Part shown: piece by piece, positions 38,721 through 50,099 of the stretch
How positions within the stretch are numbered: the first letter of the stretch is position 1
How the letters are laid out: every line of letters starts with the position of its first letter
Assembly: GCF_004010195.1 (NCBI RefSeq)
Contig: NC_057718.1
Span: 80,362,116-80,413,149, forward strand
Source of the DNA: Chiloscyllium plagiosum
Taxonomy: Eukaryota
Direction: 5' to 3'
Length of the DNA stretch: 51,034 nt
Program-made: the position numbers and the translations under genes
Notes under the pieces: generated by a model
Seen by the model: the letters and a program-made list of their open reading frames with translations, nothing else
What the model was told of the DNA's origin: nothing
Database searches by the model: none

Positions 38721-40271
38721 CGACCCATTGTCTCAGCCTGCTCCTGCCCCACCGAACTCATCTCTGCATACCTCGACACGGTCCTGTCCCCCTTAGTCCA
38801 AGAACTCCCCACCTACGTTCGGGACACCACCAATGCCCTCCACCTCCTCCATGATTTTCGCTTCCCCGGTCCCCAACGCCTTACCTTCACCATGGACATC
38901 CAGTCCCTGTACACCTCCATCCCCCATNNNNNNNNNNNNNNNNNNNNNNNNNNNNNNNNNNNNNNNNNNNNNNNNNNNNNNNNNNNNNNNNNNNNNNNNN
39001 NNNNNNNNNNNNNNNNNNNNNNNNNNNNNNNNNNNNNNNNNNNNNNNNNNNNNNNNNNNNNNNNNNNNNNNNNNNNNNNNNNNNNNNNNNNNNNNNNNNN
39101 NNNNNNNNNNNNNNNNNNNNNNNNNNNNNNNNNNNNNNNNNNNNNNNNNNNNNNNNNNNNNNNNNNNNNNNNNNNNNNNNNNNNNNNNNNNNNNNNNNNN
39201 NNNNNNNNNNNNNNNNNNNNNNNNNNNNNNNNNNNNNNNNNNNNNNNNNNNNNNNNNNNNNNNNNNNNNNNNNNNNNNNNNNNNNNNNNNNNNNNNNNNN
39301 NNNNNNNNNNNNNNNNNNNNNNNNNNNNNNNNNNNNNNNNNNNNNNNNNNNNNNNNNNNNNNNNNNNNNNNNNNNNNNNNNNNNNNNNNNNNNNNNNNNN
39401 NNNNNNNNNNNNNNNNNNNNNNNNNNNNNNNNNNNNNNNNNNNNNNNNNNNNNNNNNNNNNNNNNNNNNNNNNNNNNNNNNNNNNNNNNNNNNNNNNNNN
39501 NNNNNNNNNNNNNNNNNNNNNNNNNNNNNNNNNNNNNNNNNNNNNNNNNNNNNNNNNNNNNNNNNNNNNNNNNNNNNNNNNNNNNNNNNNNNNNNNNNNN
39601 NNNNNNNNNNNNNNNNNNNNNNNNNNNNNNNNNNNNNNNNNNNNNNNNNNNNNNNNNNNNNNNNNNNNNNNNNNNNNNNNNNNNNNNNNNNNNNNNNNNN
39701 NNNNNNNNNNNNNNNNNNNNNNNNNNNNNNNNNNNNNNNNNNNNNNNNNNNNNNNNNNNNNNNNNNNNNNNNNNNNNNNNNNNNNNNNNNNNNNNNNNNN
39801 NNNNNNNNNNNNNNNNNNNNNNNNNNNNNNNNNNNNNNNNNNNNNNNNNNNNNNNNNNNNNNNNNNNNNNNNNNNNNNNNTGACGGTTGGAGGAAGAGCG
39901 CCTCATCTTCTGCCTGGGGACCCTCCAACCACAAGGGATGAACTTGGATTTCTCCAGTTTCCTCATTTCCCCTCCCCCGACCGAGTCTCAGTCAAATCCC
40001 TCGAACTCAGCACCACCTTCTTAACCTGCAATCTCCTTCCTGACCTCTCCGCCCCCACCCCACTCCGGCCTATCACCCTCACCTTGACCTCCCTCCATCT
40101 ATCGCATTTCCAAAGCCCCTCCCCCAAACCCCTCCTCCCTACCTTTTATCTTAGCCTGCTGGACACACTTTCCTCATTCCTGAAGAAGGGCTTATGCCCG
40201 AAATGTCAATTCTCCTGTTCCTTGGATGTTGCCTGACCTGCTGCGCTTTTCCAGCAACACATTTTCAGCCC
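38721..40271 (+). mobile_element. Young Penelope-like element (RT to pLTR) spanning the gap
   Basis: Uninterrupted RPIVSACSCPTELISAYLD...TMDIQSLYTSIPH; after the gap RLEEERLIFCLGTLQPQGMNLDF; hammerhead core at 40180-40207; tgatcaa duplicated at 38714-38720 and 40272-40278. Confidence 0.9.
38928..39880. other. Assembly gap (953 N)
   Basis: Run of N. Confidence 1.
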
Positions 40272-40504
40272 TGATCAATGATTTGTACAGGTTTAACATC
40301 ACTTCCTTGCTTTTATACTCTATGCCTCTATTTATAAATTTAAGAAGCCTATAAGCCTTCCTAACAACTATTTCAACTTGCTTGGCCACCTTCAGAGAGC
40401 TATGCACGTGAATCCTCAGGTCTCTTCGCTCCTGTGTTCCCCTCAGTTGTGCCATTGAGCCTGTATTGTCTTTCCATGTTTATTCTTCCAAAACGCATTA
40501 CTGT

Positions 40505-40925
40505 TGCTAGGGTTGGAGGGCTTCAACTATAGGGCTTGGCTGAATAGGCTGGGGCTATTTCCCTGGAGTGTCAGAGGCTAAGGAGTGACCTTATAGAGGT
40601 TTATAAAATCAAGAGGAGCATAGATAGTGTGAATAGACAAGGTCTTTTCCTTGTGTTGGTCGAGTCCAGAACTTGAGGGGGAGAGGGGAAATATTTAAAA
40701 GGGGCCTAAAGGGTACCTTTTTCACACAGAGGGTGGTGCATGTGTGGATTTAGCTGGAAGAGGAAGTGGTGGATGCTGGTACAATTACAATATTTAAAAG
40801 GCAACTAGAGTTTACAGGGATATGGGCCAAATGCTGGCAAATGTGACTACATTAATTTAAGATATCTGGTTAGCAATGATAAGTTGGTCCAAAGGGTTTG
40901 TTTCCATGCTGTACAACTCTACGAC
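40505..40925 (+). mobile_element. CR1 3' fragment nested in the old CR1
   Basis: LNRLGLFPLECQRLRSDLIEVYKI; ctctacgacctc tail. Confidence 0.85.
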
Positions 40926-41563
40926 CTCTCATTCTCTGCACTGAAATTCATTTGCCAAATGTCTGCCCATTTGGCCAACTTGTCAATGTCCCTCTGAAGT
41001 TGCTCAGGATCATCCTCACAATTTACTGTTCTCTCTCGCTTAGTATCATCTGCAAATTTAATAATTTTGCCCTCAACACCCATCCCCAAGTCATTAAATA
41101 AATCAGAAAAGGCAAGGAACACCATTTCCAGCTCTTCTGCAATCTGAGAAATGCTCATTGACACCTAACTCTGTTTCTGATCTTTTAGCCAACTTCTAAG
41201 CCATGATGCCAAGGACCCATCAATCCCAAAGACGTCTAATTTGCTAAACAACCTAACATTTTCTAATTTTGTAAAGACGGGAAAGCACAGTATTCATTTA
41301 GTCCCTCTGCTGTTCCTTTTGTTTCAGTAAGTGGCTTACCATGCTTGTTCCTTGTGGACCCCACTTTATCCTCCACTGATATTTTACTATTAATATATTT
41401 GAAGAACATTTTATTCTTTGTTTTAATACAAAACACTATCCTTTCCTCATGCTTTGTCTTAGCCTTCTTATTCCAGTCTTAGCCTCCCATCTGCATTTAA
41501 GATTCTCTTTTTGATTTCTATTGCTATTATTATTGTGGTATGCATGATATGCCTCCTTTTCTG

Positions 41564-42230
41564 CAGCGCAGGTAGATAAGATAGTAAAAAAGGCCTATGG
41601 CATGCTTGCCTTCATTGGAAGGGGCATTGAGTATAAGGATAGACAGGTTATACTGCAACTTTATAGAACTTTAGTTAGGCCACACTTGGAATATTGCGTG
41701 CAGTTCTAGTCACCACACTTATCAGAAGGATGTGGATGCTTTGGAGAGGATATAGAAAAGACTTACCAGGATGTTGCCTAGTACAGGGGGTTTTAGCCAT
41801 GAAAATAGTTTGGACAGACTGGGTTTGTTTTCTCTGGAATGCAGGAGGTTAAGGGGAGATCTGATAGAAGTTTATAAGATTGTGAATGACATGGATTGAG
41901 TGGAAAACATGAGGCTTTTTCCCAGGGTGGAGGGATCAATTACAAGGGGACACAGGTTCAAGGTGTGGGGGTGGGGTTTAAAAGAGATGTGCGAGGCACA
42001 TTTTTCACACAAAGGGTGGTGAGTTCCTGGAACATGCTGTCAGAGGAGGTGGTGGAAGCAGACACAAAAGCAGCATTCAAGATGCACCTGTACAAATACA
42101 TGAATAGTAAGGGAATAGAGGGATACAGATCGTATGTGTGAAGATAGTTTTAATATGGAAGGAAAAACTTGGCACAGGCTTAGAAGGACGGAGGGCATGT
42201 TCATGTGCTGTATTGTTTTTTGTTCTTTAT
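41564..42230 (+). mobile_element. CR1 3' fragment nested in the old CR1
   Basis: VKKAYGMLAFIGRGIEYK...LVRPHLEYCVQF; FFTQRVV. Confidence 0.88.
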
Positions 42231-42822
42231 CTTCCTTATTTTGTCAATATCCTTAGTCATTCAGGGTGTTCTAACTTGGGATATCATGCATTTATTTCTC
42301 ATGGGTTTAAACCTAGCTTGCACTTTTTTGAACTACTCCCATTTCTCATCTACTGTTTTATTCACAAAATGTGTTTCCAATCAATCTGCTCAAGCTCAAC
42401 TTTTCGATCCCTAAAATCTGCACTTATCCAGTCTGAAATCATCTTAATAATTACCTAATTATTATCCTTTTCAACCTAATCTTGAATTTTATTGGATTAT
42501 GATCGCAATTTCCCAAATGTTCCCTTATTCTGATGTTCTCCATGTAGCCTGCCTCATTTACGAGGGCAGATCCAGCACAGCTCCCTCTCTGGGTAGGACT
42601 GAAAATGTACTACTCCTGAAAGTTCTCAACACAGTGCAAGATTTTCTTCCCTTTCATGCACAACCCTCTGCCTTTTCCCCAGTCTGCCATAGGGTAATGG
42701 AAATCATCAACTATCACAACCATACTTGTCTTGCAGATTTCTGTTCATAAATGCTCTCTTCTAGTTCCTCCCAACTATTTAGAGGTCTAAAATAAATACT
42801 CAACAAGGTCACTGCTCCCTCC

Positions 42823-43451
42823 TGATGGAGAAGGCTGAAGGTAATAGGAAGACAACAGGAATTGACAGGAACTGATAAGAGGCCTAACAATGGGCTGCTA
42901 TGTGAAGGGAATTATGCTGACTCAGTCAGATCTGCTAAGAGTCAAAACTGCAAGAGTCAGGAACTGCTTGCTCTACCAGATGAGGCATACATTTGTAAAA
43001 AAAAACATTCAGGATTGCTCATGTATATGGATAAGTCCAAATAAGACATGCATTTGGACAAAATATTTGAGATTTGTCACGTGAATGCAAAATTCCAAGG
43101 AAGGTATGTACTTGGTACAGAGACTTGTGTGTAACAGCCCTGAAGAAACCCTTTTGTTCAACAACACTTTGAAAATTAACATTGTAAGAAGGTATCTTAC
43201 GTTAGGAGGCATGGTGAAGATGTTGAGCAGAGCTTTCAGCCTGGCCAGCTGCAAACTCTCCCAGGTAATAATGTTTGGGTTTAGTTACAGAAATCAGGGT
43301 AGTGAAAGACAGTGATTGAGATATCTCTAGTAATTAAAAGTGTTATAGTGTTGAAGTACTGAATAAATGAATTGTGGTTTTATAGAGCTCTAATTGACTC
43401 CGCTGTATCTTTGTCTATGTATGTGCTGTTGTCTCTCAGAGACAGACAACA
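42823..43451 (+). repeat. Putative 5' LTR (~630 bp)
   Basis: Begins TG(ATGG) where the host CR1 homology stops, ends ...ACA 6 nt before a TGG-initiated PBS-like site, and has AATAAA at ~43361. No partner LTR within the window. Confidence 0.6.
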
Positions 43452-43457
43452 TAACTT

Positions 43458-43475
43458 TGGCGCTCCTGATGGGAA
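43458..43475 (+). promoter_or_regulatory. Primer-binding-site-like sequence TGGCGCTCCTGATGGGAA
   Basis: TGG start (complement of tRNA CCA) just after the LTR end; cognate tRNA not resolved. Confidence 0.6.
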
Positions 43476-43619
43476 TTGACAAGAAGTAACTTTAAGTTCC
43501 TCCGACGCCAGACTGAGAAACTTCTGAATTTTCCATCACCTTGCCTGAGCCTGAAGTTAAGAGAGCAGTCATTCTACATTAGGGCCAGGATTAAGTGGGT
43601 GCTGGGAAGGAGGTGGTGG

Positions 43620-46600
43620 AAATGTGGTAGTGAGAAAGACAAAAAGAAACAAGATAGTTAGCGCTAACAGAGAATGGTGGGTCCAGGGAACTCTGACTGG
43701 AGAGGATTTCTCCAAAATTATGTGACTAGGAAATGGCCGAAGTACTGCGAGTATACCAGTACAAGATTGGGGACACGTGGGGATATTCCCTGGAGTATAG
43801 CAAAAGATGACATGGGGGGAAAGGCACTTTGAGAAAGTGCGGAAAGCTGTAACAGTAGGTTGAGAAAAAAATCTGCAGATGCTGGAACCCAAAGTAGACA
43901 AATTGGAGACTGGAAGTACTCAACAAGCCAGGCAGCATTAGGAGGTGGAGAAGTCAACATTTCAGTATAACCCCTCTTCAGGAATGATGGTGGGGGAAGG
44001 GGAAGCTGCAGATAAAGAGAGCAGGGGCAAAGGTTATAGGTAGGGAGAGGGGCAGAGTGGTGAGGTAGTGATGGTGAATACAGGTAGTGGGTACGATTTG
44101 GTTGGTCGATAGGAGGAATTAATCCAGTGGTAGCTGGAGGGAAGGGTCAGTAGGAGGAATGGAAGGGTGGAGCAGGCATGGAAAAGGTGGGAACGTTACT
44201 TGAAATTGGAGAATTCAACGTTGAGTCATCTGGGCTGTGCGCTGCCCAGGCAGGAGGTGACGTGTTGTTCCTCCAACTTGTGGTTTGGTTCATTGTGGCA
44301 ATGGAGGAGGCCAAGGGTGGTCAATGGAAAAGGAGTGGGAAGGGAAAATAAAATGGGCGGTGACTGAGAGGTCCAGTCGGCCCTTGTGCCTGCCTGAGAT
44401 GATCGGCGAACCATTTCCTAAGTTTGCGTTTGGTCTCCCCATTGTAGAGAAGACCACATTGGGAGCACCTGATACAGTAAACTAGGTTGGAGGAGAGGCA
44501 GGTGAACCTCTGTCTCACCTGGAAGGACTGTTTGGGGCCCTGGACGAGGGTGAGGGGGGCGGTGGTGTACCAGCAGGTTTTGCATCAGTTTGTTTGGTTG
44601 CGGAAGGTACCTGGGGGTTGGTGGGGAGTGTGGTGCAAACCAAGGGCTGTCGAAGGGAATGGTCCTTGCAGAAGGCAGGGAGAGGTGGGGAGGGGAAGAT
44701 GTTCTTGGTGGTGGAGTTTAGTTGGAGTTGACAGAAGTGTTTAAGGGTGATGCGTTGGATGCAGAGACTAGTGGGGCGGTAGGTGAGGACAAGTGGGACT
44801 CTGTCTTTATTGCGTTTGGAGGGGTGGGGGTTTAGAGCAGTGGAATGGGGAATGGAGGTTGTGTGGTGGAGGGCTGTCTGGATGACAGAGGGGGAAAGCA
44901 CATTGTTCGAAATATGTGGACAGCTGGGACGCTTGGGAGTGGAATATCTCCCTGTCCAAGCAAATGTGGCAGACACGGAGGAATTGGGAGAACAGGATGG
45001 AGTTCTCGCAGGATACTGGATGGAAGGAGGTGTAGTTCAGGCAGTTTCGGGAGTCTGTGGGTTTATAGTAATCATCCGTCTGGATACTATCGCCGGAGAT
45101 GGAAATGGAGAGGTCAAGAAAGGGGAGGGAGGTGTCTGAGATGAACCAAGTGAATTTAAGGGCAGGGTGGAAATTGTAGGTGAAGTCAATGAACTGCTCC
45201 AATTCAGCCTGGGTGCAGGACACTGTGCCAATGCAGTCATCGATGTAATGGCGGAAGAGTTGGCTAACAGTACCTGTATATGTACTGAAAAGGGACTGTT
45301 TGATGTGGCGAACAAAGAGTCGGGCGTAGCTAGGGCCCATGTGAGTGCATGTTTGGCTGCATGTTAGAAGACTTGGCAGAAAAGGAGCAGCAAGAGCTGA
45401 AGTTTCAAATAGAGATAGCCGAGTTTAAAGAAGAGATGAAGAGACTGACTGAGAAGGTCGGGAATTTTATAAGCCAGAGAGATGTAGACCTCGTGCATAT
45501 GAACCAGTATCAAATGCAGTGTGAGAAACTGATAAGGGAAAAGTTAAGAGGAAATTAAAAGAGGTCACAGGCGAGTTAAAGAGACACTAGCGATTTGAAA
45601 ACAGCAATGAATGTAGTGCAGGAGTCAGCACAGGAGCAAACAGGGACCTCAGGTGATCATACAAAGTGTACGAAGCAGATAGAGAAGGTGCAGAGTCAGA
45701 TATCTGCGCAAAATGGGGTATGTGCCTTTGCAACCCGACCCTTGAGGAGGGATGGGAGGAAACTGGTGACATCGACTGGGAAGGGCTCGCAGATGAAGCA
45801 GCCAGATATGGAGAGGTGGACCCAGGAAAATGGGGTCCCCCTCTGGAGGGATAGGTAGGAGAAAGGCCCACTGTACCTATGGCCTCCCTAATAAAGCAGG
45901 AAACAAAAGCCAGTAGTGTTAGGAGGTTGACCGCAACCACCTGACATTACATATATCATCCTTTATGATGTTCAACAGCTAAGAGACATAGCCAAGTGTG
46001 TAGAGGTTTCTCAGCCTGGGGATGACCCCCAGGAGTTGTTCCAAGCTACCCACAAGGAGCAAACCATACATGGGTTAGATAATGAGGAGGAGAAAAAAAC
46101 TAATACTGATATGCCTCCATCCCACTATACATTCAGCTTTGGCCAAGCGATAAAATGTGGGAGGGAGAACATTAGATCAGTTAAAGGAAGTTGTACCGAT
46201 GGCCATCAGTAATAGAGGGGAGCTAATAGAGGGGACCCAGTGCAAGCCCATGATAACTGTAGACAGAGCAAAGGGGAGCATCCAACTCCATTTCCCACAA
46301 GGCTGTGACTAATGTTCCAGAGAGTATACAGTCCAGGAACAGACTGTATTTGGCTGCATCTTTTGACAATCGGTGGGTCCATACACTGGTGTTCCATGGG
46401 ACAGAGGAGTTGTGAAAGACATGTGACATGTTTGACCTCTCCAACAATACTCACATTGAGACGTTGGTATTAAAGAAAATAGTCAGAGCTTGGGAGAAGG
46501 AGATGACAGGATTTAAGGCTCAGAGAGGATGAATGCAGCTCTTAGAGATCAAAGGGCAGCATGGAGAAATGAAGGAAAGGGACCAGTCCCGAGGGGACCA

Positions 46601-46858
46601 CCACCACCCTATCAAACAGCAAGAAGGGGTTGTGGGCATGGACGAGAAGCTCTGCCTATAACAGCAGGGAGTGATAGGACCCCTAGGAGCTCATGGAAGT
46701 GTTTTAATTGTGGCAAGGAAGTACACTATGCCAGAGATTGTCCAAACCCCAGGAGGGGTGGAGCAAATCGGATGCAAGTCCAACCCTTGACCCTAAAACC
46801 ACAGAACAATGTGCAACTAATTGAGAGAACAAATGGCTTGTACCCCAACTCACTATGA
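43620..46858 (+). pseudogene. gag: gag pseudogene: coiled-coil region, capsid-like region, CCHC zinc knuckle (split by a PLE); start approximate
   Basis: 45349-45720 heptad-rich LAEKEQQELKFQIEIAEFKEEMKRL...DHTKCTKQIEKVQSQISAQNG; ~45960 PYDVQQLRDIAK...GDDPQELF...HGLDNEEEKK; WKCFNCGKEVHYARDC (~46695-46742); TGA at 46856-46858. Confidence 0.8.
43861..45345 (-). mobile_element. Penelope-like element (RT + GIY-YIG endonuclease) inserted in gag
   Basis: MGPSYARLF...FRHYIDDCIG...LPFLDL...YYKPTDS (RT); FTCLSSNLVYCIRCSQCGLLYNGETKR (GIY-YIG); pLTR at 43870-43985. Confidence 0.93.
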
Positions 46859-46861
46859 TAG

Positions 46862-47151
46862 TCTCAGGCTTCTCCAATATGGATGTGATATAAAACAGGA
46901 TGGGACAGGGAGACCCTTACTGAATGGGAGGGTAGGAGGCAGTCCTATCTTTTTCATTTGAGACACCGGGGATCCCATACCATTATTGAAAATAATGATG
47001 TTTTGAAAATAGAAACAGAAATAATCTTGAGAGGTTTTACAGGACATTCTCAAGTAGTACAAGTGACTAGCCCTTTAAATATACAAATTGGAGCAGTAGA
47101 GGTGATGTATCTGATGGCATTAATAAAACTCCCAGCAAATCAAGAGCATAG
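46862..47151 (+). pseudogene. pro: Retroviral-type aspartic protease remnant
   Basis: GRPLLNGRVGGSPIFFI*DTG(G)SHTII...IILRGFTG; catalytic DTG at 46962-46970. Confidence 0.85.
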
Positions 47152-47670
47152 GAGAAAGTGAGGACTGCAGATGCTGGAGATCAGAGTCGAGAGTGTGGTG
47201 CTGGAAAAGCGCAGATCAGGCAGCATCCGAGGAGCAGGAGAATTGACATTTCAGGCATAAGTCCTTCATCAGGAATGAGGCTTGTGAGTCAGGGCTAAGA
47301 GATAAATGGGAGGGTTGGGGAGGGGGGTGGGGGGGGGGAGATAGCTAGGAAAGTGATTGGTGGATGGAGGGGAGGGAGAAGGTGATAGGTCAGAGGGGGT
47401 AGTGATGGACCGGTCTGGAGGGCGGTACCGAGTTGCAGGCTTGGGACTGGGATAATGTGGGATGGAGGGGAAATGAGGAAGCTGTTGAAATTCACATTTA
47501 TCCGTGTGGTTGCAGAGTCCCAAGATGGAATATAAGGCATTCCTCCTCCAGGCGTCGGGTGGTAACGGTTTGCCAGTGAAGGAGGCCCAGGACCTGCATG
47601 TCCTTGACGGAGTGGAAGGGAGAATTGAAGTGTTCAGCCACAAGGGGTGGGATTGGTGGGTGCCTGTCAT
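47152..47670 (-). mobile_element. PLE 3' end inserted in pol
   Basis: pLTR gtgaggactgcagatgctggag...ccttcatcagg; minus strand TRRLEEECLIFHLGTLQPHG. Confidence 0.88.
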
Positions 47671-47983
47671 CCAGAGTTATCTCAAGAATGTGACTTAAAA
47701 GAAGTTCTGGGATTTACATATTAATGAATCAAAACCCGCAACCCATTCTAAAAGATGAAATACTTAATACCAATCTACATTTGTTCAATATATCATTTCA
47801 GTTGCATGACACTGCAATCCTTTGCTATAATTCTGTGTCTTATGGTCCTGCTCCACAACTACCTGATGAAGGAGCAGTGTTCTGAAAGCTAATGCTTCCA
47901 AATACACCTATTGGACTATAACCTGGTGTTGTGTGATTTTTAACTTTGCCCACTCTCGTTCAACTCCAACTCCCCCAAATCAT
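47671..47983 (+). mobile_element. Second-family PLE terminus with hammerhead core at 47863-47891
   Basis: CUGAUGA-A-GGAGC-AGU-GUUCU-GAAA-GC-UA; homologous to the reverse complement of 26476-26645. Confidence 0.78.
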
Positions 47984-47989
47984 GTCTAT

Positions 47990-48850
47990 AAAACTGGGAA
48001 GTGTTTGCCAAACATAAGCATGTCTGTGGACAGGTGCAAGGGGAGGTATGGATACAGGGCCCAGATCCAAAGCAGTGTGGATTCTCCAAGCAGGCTGAAG
48101 ATGACACAGAAAAGGTAGTGCGAAGTCTGATAGCACAATTGATGTTAAGGCGAGTCGCCTCTACGAACAATTAATCTGTTTGGCCAGCAAAGAAACCAGA
48201 CGGGAGTTGGCGACTAACTATTGATTATTGAGAACTAAGTAAGGTAACACCCTTCACAACATCTACAATGACTACTAGTCGCAAAATCACTATCAAATCT
48301 GCACAGTGTTCTACAATGCTGGATAAAAGTAATGGATTTGTCAATCCCTTTGTCCAAGATGTGTCTTTTTAAATTTGCATTTACCTTTAAGGGACAGCAA
48401 TATATGTTTAGCTTTGCCACAGGGATTTCACAACTCCCCATCAATATTTCATCAACGGTTAAGCAATGGATTGCAGGACTTTTCTAGGGCAGACTGATAC
48501 AATATGTTGATGATTTGCTTCTGCAAACAGGAACCATACAGGAACCATTACCAGCTCTTGAATGAGTTGTTGCAACTACTAAAGAAGCTTGGGATAGAAG
48601 TAAATCGAAAAAGCTCAGATAATGAGGCAGGAAGTGAGTTACGTAGGAGTGGCGTTAAGACCAGGAAAAAGAGAGATAGACAAACAAAGAATTGAAACAG
48701 CAGCTAGACCTCCTATCCCAACAGATGTGAAGGGATTAAGATCATTTTGGGTTTGAGTGGGTATTGTAGAGACCATAGTAATGGTTTTGCCAAAAAAGCA
48801 GCACCACTAATGATGTTACCGAAGAAAATTACCCAGTGGGAACGGAAGCC
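47990..48850 (+). pseudogene. pol: Reverse transcriptase remnant (YVDD)
   Basis: VFAKHKHVCG...ASTNN*SVWPAKKPDGSWRLTIDY*ELSKVTP...LDKSNGF...FAFTFKGQQY...LPQGFHNSPSIFH...QYVDDLLL (YVDD at 48503-48514)...LGLSGYCR. Confidence 0.93.
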
Positions 48851-49290
48851 AGAACGTATGCAAGCAATAATAGCTTTGAAACAGGACTTGACGAGTGCTC
48901 CAGCCCTAAAAACCCCGAATCTAGCTGAACCATTCTCCATGAAGGTGACTGCAATAGATGCCACAATATCAGTGGTCTTATTGCAAGAGCTGCATTGTTA
49001 GTTGAGACCAATAACCTATGCCTCGCACATGCTCACACCAATACAGCAGGGTAAGTGGCATGTGAAAGACATTTATTGGCAGTATTCTGGGCGGCACATT
49101 TTACCTACATTGTAGGATTGAAACCATTGACAATTTTGACAGAACAAACACCCATTCAGATGCTACTGGATGGACATATTAACAATGGCATGTTGAGCCA
49201 GAACAGAATTGCTAGATGGATGCTAGAAACATAGAGGTAAAGTACTACCATGTTAGCAGATAACAACTTACCAGGGGACACACGAGTGTC
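48851..49290 (+). pseudogene. pol: First, degenerate RNase H (tether/connection, Ty3-like)
   Basis: LKQDLTSAPALKTPN...PFSMKV...VVLLQE...LRPITYASHML...CERHLLAVFWA...ILTEQTPIQML...RIARWML. Confidence 0.8.
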
Positions 49291-49429
49291 AGGTGGTGAT
49301 AGCAAATGATTCCAAGAGACCATTCATATCAAAACAAAAAGGAGGAAATACTGGTAAAGGGAATATAGGGAATATCCAAGACAAGAGACAGACAGAGACA
49401 AAAGTAAGAGAACAGCAAGGGAATGCCAA

Positions 49430-49880
49430 CACACCCTTAAAAGTTTTTATTGATGGCTCTTCATCTGTACAGGATGGAGAATGGAGAACTGGTTGTGGTA
49501 TCCATATGGAAGATGAGCAAGGATGAGAAGTGAATAGCACAGCCCTCAAGCTGTAAAAGACCATGAGTGTTTAAGCAGCTGAGTTGGCAGCAGTGGCATT
49601 ATATTGAGCTACCCAGAAAAACTCCCCCCAGAATCTACTATCTACTGTATTCAGACAGTACGTACATGTGCAGCAGTCTGTCAGAATACCTGCCAAAATG
49701 GGAGGCGGGAGGCATTGTATCAGCAGATGGGAAGGTCCTACTGTCCACCCTGTTGCTGAGGCATATCTTTGAAAAGGCAAAAGGGAAAGAATATGGAGTG
49801 ATGAAAGTAAAAGTTAGTATTTTAAGTTATTAACAGAGGGAAATAGAAAAGCAGCTAAATTAGCCAAATGAGGTGTAATA
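49430..49880 (+). pseudogene. pol: Second, retroviral-type RNase H
   Basis: VFIDGSS...TGCGI; AAELAAV; YSDSTYMC...LPKWEAGGIVSADGK; VMKVK; EGNRKAAKLAK. Confidence 0.88.
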
Positions 49881-50099
49881 GCAGGAGAAGAATGGCAGCC
49901 TTAGATCAAGGAAATAGGAGCACAGAAAGAGAAAGAAGTGGTCCCAATCGACTTAGCAGAAGAACAAAGAAAGGAGAGAGAATTACAAAAAATATTAGAA
50001 GGGATGGAGTCAGAGGAATATAAGGAATGAAAAAGTTTACATGCAAAAGAGGGTGTGTTACTGTGTGAAGGGAAATTTGTAGCATCAGAGAGAGAAAGG

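Larger units (their letters stand above)
38597..42822 (-). mobile_element. Old CR1 LINE hosting several nested insertions
   Basis: Minus strand PHLEYCVQLWAP...LERVQSRFTRM, RDLRIHVH, IIKFADDTK...WQMNF. EN-region remnants run to ~42822, where the LTR begins. Confidence 0.8.

Noticed and set aside
38673..40236. Four long ORFs (359-467 aa) in the ORF track
   Set aside because: Artefacts of translating through the N gap; only the PLE RT frame flanks are meaningful
43458..43480. PBS as tRNA-Sec complement (shared TGGCGC...GGAATTGA)
   Set aside because: The central bases mismatch and spacing differs by one; cannot be assigned without the family consensus
47305..47345. G-run cluster (G-quadruplex potential)
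   Set aside because: Ordinary feature of this PLE family's UTR, also seen in other copies
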